Assembly (NCBI GenBank): GCA_016748015.1
Contig: JAAOMT010000295.1
Location: 186,001 to 250,000, forward strand
Reading direction: 5' to 3'
Length of the DNA: 64,000 bases
DNA from: Geosiphon pyriformis uo1
Taxonomy: Eukaryota > Fungi > Glomeromycota
Shown: piece by piece, positions 63,601 to 64,000 of the stretch
Layout: the number at the start of each line of letters is the position of its first letter
Numbering within the stretch: position 1 is the first letter of the stretch
Position numbers and translations under genes: made by a program
The notes under the pieces: generated by a model
What the model saw: the letters and a program-made list of their open reading frames with translations, nothing else
Databases searched by the model: none
What the model was told of the DNA's origin: nothing

Positions 63601-64000
63601 TTAATGATGTCTTCACCAAGAAATTTTTAAGATTTCACAAGTTTGAGTTTTTGGTTTCTAGAATTGTTAAGGCCTTATGTGAAAAGAGTATTGTGAATTT
63701 TGATTTTCTTATAAGATGCTGGATTTTTTTAGACAATATTAGAGCTTCAGTCATTTAGAATGTAGTGGACTTTGGTGCTGGCTCTGATCATATCTGTTCT
63801 GCTCTCTTTGGTGCTAAAAAATCTTATCACACTGCCAAGCTTACTGAATCTCTAAAGGCTAAGAAGGCAAACATCAAGTCTGCTATTGAGCCATGACCAT
63901 ATTTTGCTTTTGGGATAGGAGGATAGAAAGCTTTGAAGTTAATAAAAGTTATATAATTAAAAGTGTATTAGAGTGTTCGTTTTGCAAAATAGTAGATCAT
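60666..64000 (+). mobile_element. LINE copy (5' UTR, ORF1, endonuclease part of ORF2), runs off the window
   Basis: ORF1 fragments 60549-62629 including CERCGKFEHSALEC near 61961; ORF2 starts at ATG 62647 (TCNVRG, SILGLY, PTWANSKG, IDYVF, HFNTDY). Confidence 0.92.

Overview
No host genes are recognisable. The window is an AT-rich, CpG-depleted, deeply nested transposon graveyard from a eukaryote. It is probably an early-diverging fungus: the protein families resemble those I recall from Glomeromycotina such as Geosiphon, which is inference and was not checked. It holds six Ty3/Gypsy-type LTR elements or parts, labelled A (1-3307 +), B (3308-10827 -), C (18481-43004 -), D (24567-39108 -), non-autonomous E (32741-37178 -) and very decayed F (48932-58546 +). 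It also holds a solo LTR (33821-34707), four LINE copies or fragments, a hAT relic and several tandem arrays. A five-level nest (LINE > C > D > E > solo LTR) can be rebuilt from 4-bp target duplications. The most interesting signal is the architecture shared by the Gypsy elements. The layout is gag-PR-(Cys-rich domain)-dUTPase-(dUTPase-like relic)-RT-RNaseH, then a conserved stop. Integrase follows as its own ORF, then a fast-evolving accessory ORF3 abutting the PPT. The LTRs carry subfamily-specific palindromic repeat arrays in U3 and a conserved, covarying structure in R/U5. This suggests a complex-retrovirus-like element with a possible ORF3/U3 lock-and-key regulatory system, which is a hypothesis. 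Boundaries were read by eye; those of decayed relics are approximate.
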